A DNA stretch of 25,594 nucleotides from the NCBI GenBank assembly GCA_041736305.1, contig JBGSTX010000206.1, forward strand, positions 1 through 25,594. The letters run 5' to 3'. This DNA is from Oligoflexus sp. (GTDB taxonomy: Bacteria; Bdellovibrionota_B; Oligoflexia; Oligoflexales; Oligoflexaceae). The position numbers and the translations under genes were made by a program. The notes under the pieces were generated by a model. That model searched no databases. It was given only the letters and a program-made list of their open reading frames with translations, and was not told the origin of the DNA. Shown piece after piece: positions 25,086-25,594 of the stretch. Within the stretch, counting starts at the first letter, position 1; every line of letters begins with the position of its first letter.

Positions 25086-25594
25086 AGGAGCAATGCTTTC
25101 GCGCTTTCTACGTTGGCGAGTTCGTTCAGTTCCTTGAGGTCTTCGGCCGCCAGCTGGCTATCAACGCTGACGACAGCCATCGCCTTACCACCTTTTTTAT
25201 TCCGGCTGAGATTGAACGAACTGATGTTGATATTGCGCTTAGCCAGGTATTGACCGACATCGCCGATAACACCAGGTCGATCGAGGTTCTCAATGAAGAG
25301 CATATACCCGTTCGGCTCAACTTCGAAGTGAAAGTCATTGAAGAGAGTAAGCCGCAAATGCCGTTCCTCGAAGACGACCCCACCAATAGTAATCTGCTGA
25401 CCCTGAGCGCCACGTATGATGACCTTGAGCGCCGAATTGTAGCTGGAAAACGAAGGGTCGGTGCTCTCGCTGATCTCGATGCCCATGCGTTCTATATGCT
25501 TATTCACGTTTACGAAAGAAACATAGTCATCCACGACCTGAGCTGCGAAACCCTTCATCCAGCTGAGGCGGATAATGGAGTTATCAAGCTCCGC
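25082..25594 (-). CDS. serA: D-3-phosphoglycerate dehydrogenase, C-terminal ASB and ACT domains, 5' end truncated by the window
   Basis: The frame is open from the window end. VSFVN, GIEISE, and the ACT motif NLDRPGVIGDVG..L...NINISSFNLSR...GGKA. The stop overlaps the greB start (ATGA). Confidence 0.8.
   Translation of the reverse strand, partial: AELDNSIIRLSWMKGFAAQVVDDYVSFVNVNKHIERMGIEISESTDPSFSSYNSALKVIIRGAQGQQITIGGVVFEERHLRLTLFNDFHFEVEPNGYMLFIENLDRPGVIGDVGQYLAKRNINISSFNLSRNKKGGKAMAVVSVDSQLAAEDLKELNELANVESAKALLL

Overview
A gene-dense bacterial chromosomal window with about 26 CDSs. I saw no rRNA, tRNA, CRISPR array, integrase or transposase. The gene content (many lipoproteins, DUF1501, DUF4360, an M36-type protease with a P-domain) suggests an Oligoflexia/Bdellovibrionota-like organism, which is inference only. 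Housekeeping genes (pyrC, prmA, slyD, ade, arfB, greB, partial serA, a FAH-family gene, a DsbA-like gene, a ferredoxin, ycgN) are mixed with exported proteins of unknown function. The most interesting locus is 9.8-15.9 kb. Two paralogs of an uncharacterised His-rich exported family (GHKKD / AIYGWH / YADYSHG motifs) bracket slyD and a translationally coupled pair. One paralog has a basic 10-aa repeat tail and the other is a lipoprotein. The coupled pair is an exported phosphodiester-glycosidase-like protein and a HAD-UbiA polyprenyl-phosphate phosphoribosyltransferase fusion, with no DprE1/DprE2 partners in the window. This may be an undescribed cell-envelope modification system. Other points: a near-consensus sigma54 promoter before arfB, an apparently catalytically dead EEP-fold lipoprotein behind an RBS-occluding hairpin, and a DUF1501-LRR-lipoprotein cluster. 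All family calls come from recognising motifs by eye, not from database searches.
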